64,000 bases of DNA. It comes from Cenococcum geophilum (lineage: Eukaryota). The stretch covers positions 29,636,001 to 29,700,000 of the forward strand of contig CP158635.1 in the NCBI GenBank assembly GCA_050273025.1, in the 5' to 3' direction. A model generated the notes under the pieces. That model made no database searches and had not been told where the DNA came from. It was given only the letters and a program-made list of their open reading frames with translations. Both the position numbers and the translations under genes were made by a program. This document shows, piece after piece, positions 47,599-60,492 of the stretch (its first letter is position 1; each line of letters begins with the position of its first letter).

Positions 47599-50500
47599 TG
47601 TTACGGGACGGGGCAGTGGCTACAAGACGTATGTATTCGAGGAGTCTACAAGATGTTACGCGATCGATCATAAGGGTCGAGGGCGTAAGGAGGTGATATA
47701 CCTACGCGTAGCTAATATAAGCTATATATAAGGTATACGCGAGAGCACGGGGCTCTCCTATAGAGGCCCTTACGGTGGGGTTCCGTAATACTACCCCCCC
47801 TCCTATAGAGGCGGAGCTCCGGCGACGCTGTGGTTACTATATATATATAGAAGGGACACTTAGGGTATAGAAAAGAAGAAAAGGGGGTATCACTAAAGGC
47901 TTAAAACAACGTTATATAATAAGGCTTAGCATTTAAGAATCCAACTAATTAGATAACTTTAACCGCTGGTTAAAGTTCCTAGACATCTTAATAATATTCC
48001 GGTTACGTAATTACACTTTACCGCAATCTAACGGCAATCTAATAGTAATTTGCCCCTACGTGGTAATGTATAACGGTTTAACTCTATAAGGGCTCCTATA
48101 GAGGATTAGGTATAAAATCTCTGCTTAGGCCCGGTTTCTATAGGTTCGCGTAGTAAAAGTCGCTAATTAGATCCTTTGCATTTTTAAAGTCTTCCTATAG
48201 TTGCTATTCTGGCTAATCTATGTTAAATCCTGTATATATAGCTCTGTAGTAGAGCCGTCGTCCTCTACCTTTACTAAAGTATTTAAAGTTAATAATTTGT
48301 TTAACAGTCCACTCCTTATAGTTCTCGTCTTCGTTCTCGTCTCGGATTAGTACTAGTGGGGGTTTAGGCTATATCTGCCCTAGTAAGGGGTTAGGCTAGT
48401 AAAGGTGTAGTAGCTATAGGTAAAATACAGGCTATATCCCGCGGGTGGCTAGGGTAGGTAGAAGCTCTAGCTCGTATACGGCTCCCCTATTAATAACTCG
48501 TTTAATTAGGTAGGGGCCGAGGTTCTTATAATTAAGTAACTTTATAGGCCTCTGCGTAGAGATATTACGTGTATCTAGCCATACCTAGTCGCCAACACGT
48601 ATCTCTAGTGGTGGCGTTCTATAATAATTGGCGAAGTAGGCCTACTTTGCTTAAGCCCAGGCCATTTCTCCCTTGCAGTAGTTAAGTAGATTTTTTATAC
48701 GGTCTATATACTGGTTAGCAAGTAGTATCTTAAGGCGTTTTCTATATAGCAGTTTCTTATTAATAGGTTCTAGTGGTTCTATGCCGGATTAGGGGTAATA
48801 TTTCTTGTTCGCGAAGAACGGGGTAAGTCCTATAGTAGTTAAGATGTAATTATTTACTACGAATTTACCTAGTAGGAGGTAATCTACCTAGTTATCTTAA
48901 CTATAGGCAACTACCTATTATAGGTACGCTTTTATACTAGTATTAGCGTTTTCCAGTTACCTAGTAGTTTTATGGTGAAAGGATATAGATATCTTAATAG
49001 AGATGCTAAGGCGTTGGCAGATTCGTCTCTATATATTAGAGCCGAACTATATACCTTAGTCGGACGTAATTAAGTTAGGTAACCCATGTAATCGGTAAAT
49101 TTCGCGAAGAAAGGCGTTAGTGACGTCGCTAACGGCTACGCCTTTAGTTGGGACGTAGTGGCGCTCTTTTATAAGTCGGCATATTATCATAAGGATGTTC
49201 TTATAGGTACGGCCATATTGCTTATAGGGTGGTAGGTTAATAATAAAATCTATAGTAATATCTGCCTATTGTTATATAGATACTAGTAGAGGGTATAGTA
49301 GTCCTTAGTACTTTGTATTAAAGGCCTTAGCGCGCTTATAACTATAGTAGGCGCCTATAAAGCGTTTAACTAAGTCTATTATTTTAGGCTAGAAGTAGTA
49401 TCGGCTAAGAAGCTTATAGGTTCCTCCTTTGCCTAAGTAGCCACTTAATCGGAGGTCGTAGGCTATTTAGATTAGTTGCCGTTATAGATTTTCTAAGTTA
49501 GGGATAAATAGACGGCCTCTATAATAGAGCCTATTTTCTTTTACTTTTAAGGCTGCTATATTAATCTAGCCTAAGCTTTAGAGTTTAGTCGGCAGCGTAC
49601 GGGCGCCGGCGGTCTTTGTGGCAATAAGTTAATATAGTAATAGGTTAATAGAGGTGTTATATACCGTAGTAATAAGCTTATTAATTTTAGGAGGTAATTT
49701 TAGTTCTATAGTGTGGAGCTAAGGTATAGTTAGCTCTATTATAGGTAGCATACCTAGGGCTAAATTCCGTGCTTTTAGGATTGTTTATTGTTGGAACTAG
49801 TTATAGGGGTTATCTTTAGACTAAGAAAGGTCTTATAAGCGGCGTATTAGGCTATTAGGCTTAGTACCTTGTACTCCTAGCCTATATACAATTTTAAAGT
49901 TAAAACTAGAGAGGAACTTGTTCTAGCGTACTTAGCGTTAGTTTAGCTGTTTTATAGTTATAAAGTACTTAAGATTACAATAATCTGTAAGGACTTTAGT
50001 TGGCTAGTTAGGTTCTACTAAGGAGAGTTCTAATTAGAATTCCTTAAACGCTTATATAATTACGAGAAGTTCCTTATTATAGATCTTGTAGTTACATTCT
50101 TATAGTATAAGCTTAGATAAATAGAATGTGACTAGGTAGAGGAGACTGTTATTACCTATCTAGAAGAGGACGCCTGCGTTAGCGTGGTTTAAGGAGTTAG
50201 TCTTAAGATAGAGTTATCGTTCTAGTATAAAGTGAGCTAGAATAGGTGCTTTAGTAAAAGCATCTTTAAGGTCTTAGAACGCCTTCTTGTATTTAGGCGT
50301 CTAGATAAAACGTAAATATGTTTTTCTTTCTTTTACGGAAAGGCCCTTTGTTTATATTATTGCTATAAGTAGTGCTATAATACCTAAGAAGTTGTATATA
50401 AATTTTTAATAGAAGTTAGCGAAACCGAGGAAAGCTTATACGTCTTTAATGCAGTTAAGGGTTTACTATTTAGTAATTATGTGTACCTTCTTAGGGTTTA

Positions 50501-53500
50501 TACGGACACCCTTAGTAGTAACAATTAGTCTAAGGTATTTTACTTCTATAACTGAGAATTCGCACTTCTTTAAATTAATATAAAGTCCTACGTCCCTAAG
50601 GCGTTGTAGGACCTTTTAAACGTGCTCGGTATACTTAGAAGGGTTATTATTATAAATAAGTATATCGTCTAGGTACGCAGAGCAGAAGTCGTTAAGGTAG
50701 TCCCGTAAGGCGTTATTAATATAGCTTTAAAAGCTGTTTGGGCCGTTATATACGCTAAAGGGTATAATAGTATATTTAAATTGGCCAAAGCGCGATGCGA
50801 ATACGGTTTTCTATTTATTACCTTTTTATATTTAGAGGCGGTTAAAGGCGGCGATAATATTAAGCTTAGTATAGATTTTGGCTTAGCTAAGCCGCTTAAG
50901 AGTCTTATATATAAGCGGTATGGGGTATTAGTTCTTAATCGTAATAGCGTTAAGTCCTCTATAGTTAATATAGAATTAAATACCTCCTCCTAGCTTCTTA
51001 GTAAGGAGGATAGGGGTAGCTGCTAGGGATATACTAGGGCGAATAAACCCTTTATTAAGGTGTTTGTTGATATACTTTTTAACAACTAAAAGTTTATCTT
51101 TTAATATTAGGTAGGGTCTCTTATAGGGTAGCGTTTTTCCTTATTTAATATTAATGGTATAGTTATTAGGTCAATATAGGGGGAGTATATTTACGCTCTT
51201 TTATAAGTATATGTTAATAAAGTCATAGTACCTCTTAGGGAGGAGCTTGCGGAGTTCCTTATTAGTAAGTCCTTTTTTAAGCTTTATAAACTTCTTAAAG
51301 TCTAAAGGTAAAAGTCCATAGAGTTCTACGGGGGCATCGTTTTTTAGGAGGTTAACTATATCTATCCTATTACTATAGAGGACGTAGTCCTGTTCTTTAT
51401 TAAGCTTATATAGTTATAATTAGGAGGCTGCGGTAATGGTCTAGCCTTTCCTACGTACTATGCGGTAGAAGGCCGCGGTACTTATATAGTGGTAGTTAGT
51501 TATAGGTAGGGTAATAAGGGGTTCCTTAGGTTGGTATCCTGGGGAGTAAATAGAGGCGGCTAGGCTATGTTTTAGGCAGGTCTCTTTACAGTATTTAGAG
51601 TTAAAGGTTACTTCTCTCTTTTTCCAGTTAATGGTGGGGTTGTATTATTTAAGCTAGTTTATTCTAAGGATAATAGGGTAGTTAGTAAGTGGTATAATAT
51701 AGGCCTAGAGTTCTTCCTGGTGCCTATTTATATCTAGGTGGAGTTGTGCTATATAGGTAATCTTCTATATAGTATAACTACTGTTGGCGAGTTATAGGGC
51801 GCGGGCTTTGGTAAGGGGTAAGGTAGGTAAGTTATAAGTACGCACGAATTGGGTATCTATAAATTTATTAATAGCTCCATAATTAATTATAGAACAGCTT
51901 TTATATTATTTTTTGGCAGTAGTTTCTATTATGGGTAAAACTATCTATTTCTGTCTATTTATCTTTACTAAGTTATCTATTAAGTAGGCCGATATATAGA
52001 TTCCCTTATTATTAGGGCGTCCTAACCTACGACTTAGGGCTAGGACTTGGCGTTTTCCGTTTCCGTATCCGACTTTACCACTATTACTACGTCTTTGTCT
52101 TATACGGTAATGGCATATAGTAACGTATTTGGTATTTAAGGTACTAGGTTAGGTGTTAGGCGGCAGCTGCTAAACCTAGCTATTAGGCAGTTTAGGCTAT
52201 AGCTATAATAGCCTTTTTAATAATATCTATAGTAACGCTTTAGCTTTTAGAGTAGCTTACGTTCTCCATCTAGTAGCTTTTATAGGAAGGTTAGTATAAA
52301 AAGGTCGATATTAGGACCAGTAGTATTACTTAGGGTAATAGGCGTTGGTAGTTTAGTAGGTCCGGAGGGCTTCTATAGGGAGGTCTTTAGGTAAGGGTTT
52401 GCAGTAGTAATCTAATTTAGTTATTATTTAATCTTCTATATAGCTGCTACCATATTATAAACATTATTATAGTTATAGCTGGCGGCTGCGTAACTAAGGC
52501 GATAAGTGACTTTTTTAAGGAGATTTTCTTAGTCTTTAGTATCGTCTTAGGCGAGGGCTTTAGTATATTTCTGGAATTTAATATAGAACTCGTTAAATAA
52601 TTTAATAGGGCTTATCTTTAGGGCACGTAGTTTAGCTTAGTTAGTGGCTAGTAGGTTGTAGTTGCGGTATATTAGGTTAAGATTATTAAGGACTTTTTAG
52701 TAGGACTACCACTTCTAGGGGCTATTGGTTTCCTATTAGGCGAAGAGTCTATTAAATGGTGTACCCTTTATTTACCCAATAATATAGCTAATCTTAGTAT
52801 CTTCTGTAGGAAAAAGGCAGGCGCTCTAAGTTAGTTTCTTACGGATTTACATCTTTTAGTAGCTATATTCTTTGCGGTCTCTTTAGAAAACTAGGGGATT
52901 AGGGTAATATATATTAGACCCTATAGTAGCAGCTTAGGTTTGGTTATTATAGCTTTTATTATTACTTTAGTAGGGGTTCCTATTAGGTAAGGCTGTTTAG
53001 CGCTAACCCTTTATTAAGCGTTAAGTAGGTAAAGTTGCTAGGGGCGTAGAGACTTAAGTGGCGTTATATATAGTAGAGAGGTGTCTAGCGTTATTATAAA
53101 TGTGCTTATTAAGCTAAGATTATAGGTATTTAATTATGCCTTCTTTTTTAGTGACCGTAGCAATAAGTACAATTTTAGCCTTTTTTAACTATTAGACGTT
53201 GCGTTTAGACACGCAGAGGTTGTCTTCGGTTTCTTAACACGTGTTATTGGCGAGCGCCTCGCAAGCTTATAGGTCTTAGATAATATCACGATCTTAGGTA
53301 GTACGCATCTTAGCTTATATAAGCTTTAGGTGGTAGTTCTATAGAAGGCGGTAGTATTTATTAGGTTCTTATGCTACCATTTTTATAAATATCTCGGCGT
53401 CTCGTATTTTAATTTTAATAGGTAGTAGCCCTTTTACTTACTTATCCGTAGTTATATAGTTAATAAAAGATAAGATATTATTAGTGTCTATCTCCTTAGG

Positions 53501-53942
53501 GGTTAAGGCTAGGGCTAATAAATTAAATTTTCCTGGGATTAATTGGCGTTGTAGGTTAAGTATAGGTATTGGATTGTTCTTTGGGTTTAATATAGTGGCT
53601 AGTAAGGAATATCGTCTTACTATTATGGGTTCCTTGGAAGTATAAAGTGAGGTAACTTGTAGGCACGCTGCTTTTGGCAGCGCCTGTAGTATTATAGAGA
53701 TGTAGAATTGGTTGTAGGCTGGGTGTTGGTAGTAAAAAGGCGCAACGTAATGTCATGGGACGGGGCAGTGGCTATAAGACGTATGTATTCGAGGAGTCTA
53801 TAAGACGTTGCGCGATCGATCGTAAGGGTCGAGGGCGTAAGGAGGTGATATACCTACGCGTAGCTGATATAAGCTGTACGCGAGGTATACGCGAGAGCAC
53901 GGGGCTCTCCTATGGAGGCCCCTGCGGTGGGGTTCCGTGACA
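47599..53942 (-). mobile_element. Chromoviral Ty3/Gypsy element E (RIP-dead)
   Basis: 192-bp LTRs at 47599-47790 and 53751-53942; TSD TAGCC; PPT at 47791-47804; AYLDDIL RT motif near 50660-50680. Confidence 0.95.
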
Positions 53943-54480
53943 TAGCCCTTAAAGCAATCCGGATATTAAAGCTTATAGCGCAGCATTAAATTTAAATCCT
54001 TAGGGTAGCCTAAGTGTTAGAGCTTATAGTATATTACTAAGTCTTAACTTTTGGACAAGCCTAAGGTTTAATATTTGTAATATAGCATTGGACCTCTAAT
54101 TACGAAAAATTCTAAAGTTTAATATCTGCGGCGTAGTACTAGTTCCTAGGTAGTAGGAAATCTGGAAATTTAAAATTCGTAACGTAGTATTAGACCTCCG
54201 CTCCTAGAAAATCCTAAGGCTTAGAATTTAAGTTGCGATACTAAATCTCCGCTCCTAGGAAACTTTAAGGCTTAGGGTTTGTAGGCTAATGCTTAATCTC
54301 CGCCCTCTAAACTGGGCGTAGTTTAGAATTCGCGTGCTAATACTTAATCCCCGCCTTCTAAATTGGGTGTAGCTTAGAATTTATAGTCTAATATTTGATC
54401 TCCGCTCTCTAAACTAAGCGCAGCTTAGAACCTGCAGCCTAGTGCTTAATCTCCGCCCTCAGTTTTAGATATAACGCAGC
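53943..54480. repeat. Degenerate 60-bp tandem array, beginning ~47540 before element E
   Basis: 60-nt periodicity, e.g. ..TTAATCTCCGCCCTCTAAACTGGGCGTAG.TTAGAATT.. Confidence 0.75.
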
Positions 54481-54896
54481 TTTAGTAGGTTAGTATTTAA
54501 TATTCCTTAGCATTTTACTCGTTTGTTAACTTAACTAAGACTTAAGTAGAGCTCTAATTAATATCTAGGTGTTAAGTATTAATCTCTATATACGCATTTA
54601 AATAGTCTATTAGATTTTTATTTAAAGAGATACTAAGGTTTATACCTAAAGCTCCCAAAACCTATAGAACCTATATTATATTAGCTATTTAGTTTAAGTA
54701 TTATATAAGAGGTAGTTGATATTTACTAAGGTAAGTCACTATAATAGTGATTATTTGTTAGTAAGCTAATTCAATAAAATCTGTAGCGCGGATATTTACC
54801 TTTAATTAACCTCCACACCTTTTACCTTATAGCATCGCACCGTAAACTTTATTATTGTTGTTTTATCTACTGTTTATTAGCATACTACTATCTATA

Positions 54897-56429
54897 ATAC
54901 CTTCCTTTATACCTCTAAATACGTCTAATAGCTATTTAGTTAAGGAATTTAATACGCGCGATATTAATGATAAAATAATTAAGGACGCTTTTAAGGACGC
55001 TCTTTCTTTCACTAATTCTTTAAAATCTCTGCCTAGAGAGTAAGCTTTCTAATACTAAATTATGCCTGTATCTAATATAATTTCAGGAAATATGTACTAA
55101 AGCACTTTTTATTGGATCTAGCAGAGCACTATAATAAGGTTATTACGAAATCCACTAGAAATCCGCTTACCTCTTTACTACCTACCTTTTTGCTGCCTAC
55201 TTCTTTACTACTTACCTCTTCGCCGCCTACCTTTAAGCCGCTTGTTTCTTTATCGCCTATTACTTCTAAGAAGTTTAATCCTTATCGTGCTTCTACTTCT
55301 TTTAAGAGGTAGGCTAATAGAATTGCTGCGTAAAATGTTTAGTACAAGATAGCCTTTAAATTGTATGTGTTAACTATACTCTTTTAGTATCTTGTTTACT
55401 AATTTACCTCTTATAGTAACCTAATAGAAATATTGGAGATTTTAGATAATAATAAAGAGAATAACCTTAATGACGCCAACTCTCCCAAAAGCCCTCCTCT
55501 ATCCTCTTATAATCTCCGCAGCTCTTGCAAGCTTTATAGTACGTAGACGGCCTAAGCTATAACGTTAGATATTAATATAAATAAGCGCCTTCCTATTTAA
55601 GTACCGTTAGTAAATAAATAGTATACCCCGAAAGCTGGTGCTTAGGAGAATATAAAGGAAGCTCGCTAGCGGATATATACCCATGTTTAGAATATTAAGG
55701 GTAGCTCTAATATACTGCGCAATCCGCTATACGCTCTATACGTTAAGTAAGACTATAAATATCGCGTTTATAAGTAGAACTCTAGGTCGTATTTTAGAGG
55801 TATATACTTAAGATATCGCTTAAGTGGTAGGTTGTATAAAAAGGTATATGCTAATAGTATACTATTATTCTATTAGCTAACACGTATATAGAATAGTTCG
55901 CTAAGACTAGAGCCGGTTATACCTTAGTGCAAAAAACATGCGTAATTAGCTTCTACTAGTAGTCTAGCTGGAACGCCTACTAAGAAGGTATAATATCCGC
56001 ATTTTAATAATACGGATATTGCTAATATCTATATAGCTTTATACCCGCACTATCCCCCCTTTAGAGACCTCCCCTTCCTCTAAAACTCTTACTTATAGTA
56101 ATATGCGCAGCTATAGGGGCACCTGTTCCGCCGCTGCTCCTCCTACTCTTTTACTAATTCCTAGCACGCCTAGTACTACTTCTGGTACTACTGCCGCTCC
56201 TACTAGCATGGAAAATATTGGGGTGTATTTAGCAATTGCTATTTCCGTATGCGTTAATATAGTTTATAAGTAGGTAACTAAAATGGCGAAAGATGTTCGG
56301 GCTATAGATCGCCGGTTAAGTAAGCTTAAAGATTCTCTAAGTAAAATAAAGGATAAGCTTGCGTTTATAAGGCGTAGTATTATAGCACTTATATGTAACG
56401 CCGGGTTACTTAATATAGAATTTAAGTAG
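54897..56429 (+). pseudogene. Intron-containing Zn(II)2Cys6-cluster gene, copy 1 (RIP-dead)
   Basis: Cluster at 55730-55837 with Cys codons converted to TAY; GT-AG introns; coiled-coil-like C-terminus; paralogous to copy 2. Confidence 0.65.
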
Positions 56430-57365
56430 ATGCTGGTTAGCTATTGCTGTGGGTTAACTGTTATTATAGGTTTAAAGTAATAAAATAGTAGCTCTTACCT
56501 CTCTACTACTATGTATGTACTTAGGAATTAAGTCTCTACCTTATATTTAATAGATATAATTAATATTATAATATCCGTATAAGCTAAGATAAAGATATCC
56601 GTATAAGCTAAGATGAAGATATCCGTATAAGGTAAGATAAAGATATTTATATATCCGCACCGTTAATAATTATTAAGGTAAGTTATTATAGTAGCAGTTA
56701 TTTATTAGTAAGCTAATTTAATAAAATCGGTAGCGTAGATATTTACCTTTAATTAACCTCCGCACCTCTTTTTTTACTAACCTTCTACCTTACAGCACCG
56801 CATCGTAAACTTTATTATTATTATTTTATCTACTATTCCTTAGCGTTCTACTATCTGCGATGCCTTTATTTATACCTATAAACGATATTAATATAAATAA
56901 CAGCAGCTAGGTAGTTAAGGAACTCGATATACGCGAAGTAAATAAGAATGCTATTAAGCACGCTATAGCTGCTCTTACTAAGCCTTTAGACTCTATTCCT
57001 AAAGAGTAAGCTTTCTAATACTAAATTATGCCTATAGCTAATATGATTTTAGAAAATATATACCGAAGCGCTCTTTATAAGATTTAGTAGATGATAAAAA
57101 TATAGATAGAGCAAAATCCGCTAAAAATCCGCGCACCTTTTCGCTACCTGCCTTTTCGTTGCCTACATCTTTACTATAAACCACTTTGCTATCAGTTTCT
57201 TCGCCGTCCGCTTCTCTACTGCCGCCACCTAATACTTCTAAAAGGAGGCTTAATAAGGCTCGTTTATCTTCTTTTCTTAAAAAGTAGGCTAAAAAGGCTA
57301 CTAATACGAATCTAAAGGCCAAAATAGCCATTAAATCGTATGTGTTAGTTATACTATTTTAATAT

Positions 57366-60300
57366 TGTTCGTACTAACTTAATAGCACGAGTGAGTCGTA
57401 TCCACGGGCACGAAATACATGTAGTATCGTATGCTTGTTTGGATGGTGACTTGTCTTCTAATTGTACATAAAGAGGTGCAATTTAAGGGGTTTCCTGAGC
57501 TCGCTTAGCTCACGTGATTGCGACCATAAATTCCTGTACGAACTCGTTCAGACACTGGCAGTACTTGAAAAATGAAACAACTTGTGTATAGCCTCCGTAA
57601 TTGCTTTAATGAAACCGTGAAATATAAGAGAAAATATATAAGAAATAAAACCATAAAATACAAAAGAATTTAAGAAATAAAACCGTAAAATACAAAAGAA
57701 ATATATAGGAAATTCCTCCGTATAATAGGTGCTATGCTATAATTATATACTAGCGGTACTTAAAGTGAAAACCGCTTGTATATAGCCTCCGTAATTTGCT
57801 TTAATAAAACTGTAAAATGCAAAATATATAAAAATAAAACCGTAAAATATAAAAGAAATACGTAAAAATAAAACTGTAAAACATAAAGGAAATGCGTAAG
57901 AAATCCTCCCGAAGTGCCTTCTGGGCTGCCTTTTAAACGGTGCTCTAGGCTGGCCGTAAGTCCTGCTTACGGGCCGTAAATGAACTGTACGGCCTTCCGA
58001 TGGGCCGTAAACGAGCCGTAAGTGCTCTATTAGTCTTGTTCTAACACTAGGAGTATTATATCACCTCCCTTGGTGTTTAAGGACTCTGTATAGCTTTTCG
58101 GCTAATAGGTGGCCGAAACGGCGGTATAAGTGGTGGGTTTTGGTACTGCTGGCGGCAGCGGCGGTCAGTGAGGGTAGTATATGCTCTTTGGCTGGGGTGT
58201 TCCTTCTTCCATATAACGGCTGAGGACTGGGTAGTAAAGGGTAGATTGAATAAGGCTATAGGTTGTTTATGCTCCTTAGCCATAGGCTTTGCCTTGTGTA
58301 GCTTGTTTTGGGGAAGGTAGGGGTCGTATGTGGGTTGGTCCATATGCAGTAGGGGGAGGGTAGAGGCGGTTGCCGCAGGCAGTAATTGCTGGGTAGGTTG
58401 CGGAGGTTCGTACGAGCTTAGCTGCCGTAGCTCCTTGGCTTTGGTTAATGAAGAGGGTAAAGCTAGCGGAGCTTGTGCGGACGGAGCTTTTGCGGACGGA
58501 GCTTTTGTGGACGGAGCTTGCGCGGACGGAGCTTGCGCGGACGGAGCTTGTATAGGCGGAGCTTGTATAGGCGGAGCTTGTACGAACGGAGCTTGCGCGG
58601 ACGGAGCTTGCATAGGCGGAGCTTGCGTAGATGGAGCTTGCGGGGGCGGAGCTTGTGTAGGTAGAGCTTGAGCAGACGGGGCAGTTGTAATATTTGATTG
58701 AGGCTCTGGTAACTGAGCTGGGGTAGGAAGGCCAGGTAGAGGATTGTCCTTTGAGGCTTGCGGGCCTATTGTATCATTGTCTTGAGGGTTAAGCTCCTTT
58801 TGATCGGTCGCTTGATCTTGATTTCCACCAGAGTCTACTTGTCGATTTCCACCAGAGTCTACTTGTTGATTTCCACTGGAGTCTACCTGTCGACTTCCAC
58901 CGATATCCGTATGAGTCTCGTTAGGCTCTTCCTTTGACGTCTTGTCCAGTTCTTTCCTTGGCATAACTACCCCACTAGAACGTTCCGTAAAACTGTTCTG
59001 CTGTAGGGTATACTGCTGATGGCTAAGTTGCCGAGGGTTGTACTGCTGCTGGGTAGGCTGCTGGGTAGGACTTAGTTGGTGCGGGTACTGTAGTTTCTGG
59101 GGGACTTCTAAAGTAGGCAGGGGTAATTCTAGCTTGTTTGGTTTAACGGGTGCTTCCAGTTTGTTTGGTACGACGTTACAGGTGTTCTTGGTAGGGTAGG
59201 AATGTGACGTTGTGTATGGTAAAAGTCCTATTTCTCCAGGCGGTGGTGGATTTGTATATATTAAAGGTCCTAGAAGACCAGAGATCTAATTAGGTTTTTG
59301 AGAAGCAAAGAATCTATAGGTATTAATGTGGTCTAGGACTTCCTCTTTGGTCCATTCCGTTTGGTCCTCCTCGCATAGTGTGTCATACAAAGACTGTGCA
59401 ATGGTAACTTGCTTATTAACCCATACACCTTGGTGACGTAGGAGGGCTTGTAGGTTGTAGGTGGCTATACGGTCACAAGTCTTAAAAATAGCTTCCGTGA
59501 AGTCTGCGAAGTCTTCCTGGTATTACTCCCATAGGTCATTATTTTTAAGCTTAAAGTATCCGTATTTAAGGATTTTAAACTTAATGTATTCGTTAATATT
59601 AAGTATAGACTTAATGTCGACTCCTTATCTCTACTTCTTTTGACCTTCGCTGACTTGCTTACTGATATCTGCTATACTGTATAGTGTAGTATAGTGCGTA
59701 GCGGGTGGAAGGGGTCTTGTGGTGGTCCGTAAGGGCGGTTAATATCTGTAATGGTTCGCAAAAGGGTAGGGGGTTTCCGTAAGGTCTTATAACGGTCCGT
59801 AGAGGCAATTAATAGGTCCGTAGTGGTTTATAGAGGGGTAAGGGGTCTCTGTAAGGGGTCTAATAAGATGTCGGAGGTGTTAAAGGAGGGTGTAGTAGAA
59901 GTAGGGGGTTGAGGTTTAAGGATAGGGGTTTGAGGTTCGAAGGAGGTTGAGTGTAGGGGTTCCGTATAGGTCTGTATTCGCGTCTATAACTTCTGGTAAC
60001 CGTACTAAGACTTAAATAAGTATATAGAGTTGGTGATAGGTCCGTAATCCCCGACTTCCGACCTTCTAGTAGGTTGTACTAGGAGTTTAAACGGGTGGTC
60101 GCTATCAAGTATCGCTCGGGGGGAGATGTTGAGTGATTGCTAATTTAGATTTGAGGTATTTCTAGATAAGGTGGAGCGTTAGACGTCTTCTAAATCTAGA
60201 GTACTTTAATTCTGTTTAACTAAGATAGGGCCTTTGTAAGGTGGAGCGTAAACGTCTTCTAAGCAAGTGCGTATCTCCTAATCTGTGCGCGCTCACTGAT

Positions 60301-60492
60301 TAGTGTTTGTACTAACTTAATAGCATGAGTAAGTCGTATCCACGGGCACGAAATACATGTAGTATCGTATGCTTGTTTGGATAGTGACTTGTCTTCTAAT
60401 CGTATATAAAGAGGTGCAATTTAAGGGGTTTCCTGAGCTCGCTTAGCTCACGTGATTGCGACTATAAATTCCTGTACGAACTCGTTCAGACA
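57366..60492 (-). mobile_element. Non-autonomous Copia (GalEa-like) element F: gag-like remnant only
   Basis: 189-bp LTRs at 57366-57554 and 60304-60492; TSD AATAT; CTAATCAGT directly after the 5' LTR; reading LWE.YQEDFADFTEAIFK...LLRHQGVWV; no pol. Confidence 0.85.
58077..58964 (-). CDS. Open frame inside element F with 15-bp (AQAPS-type) and 24-bp (RQVDSGGN-type) repeats; expression doubtful
   Basis: 295-codon ORF from the track; tandem repeats at ~58465-58680 and ~58815-58900. Confidence 0.3.
   Translation of the reverse strand: MPRKELDKTSKEEPNETHTDIGGSRQVDSSGNQQVDSGGNRQVDSGGNQDQATDQKELNPQDNDTIGPQASKDNPLPGLPTPAQLPEPQSNITTAPSAQALPTQAPPPQAPSTQAPPMQAPSAQAPFVQAPPIQAPPIQAPSAQAPSAQAPSTKAPSAKAPSAQAPLALPSSLTKAKELRQLSSYEPPQPTQQLLPAATASTLPLLHMDQPTYDPYLPQNKLHKAKPMAKEHKQPIALFNLPFTTQSSAVIWKKEHPSQRAYTTLTDRRCRQQYQNPPLIPPFRPPISRKAIQSP

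Noticed and set aside
58330..58671. Plus-strand Cys/Gly-rich ORFs (GACADG..., RSL.. repeats)
   Set aside because: Antisense shadows of the 15-bp repeat in element F
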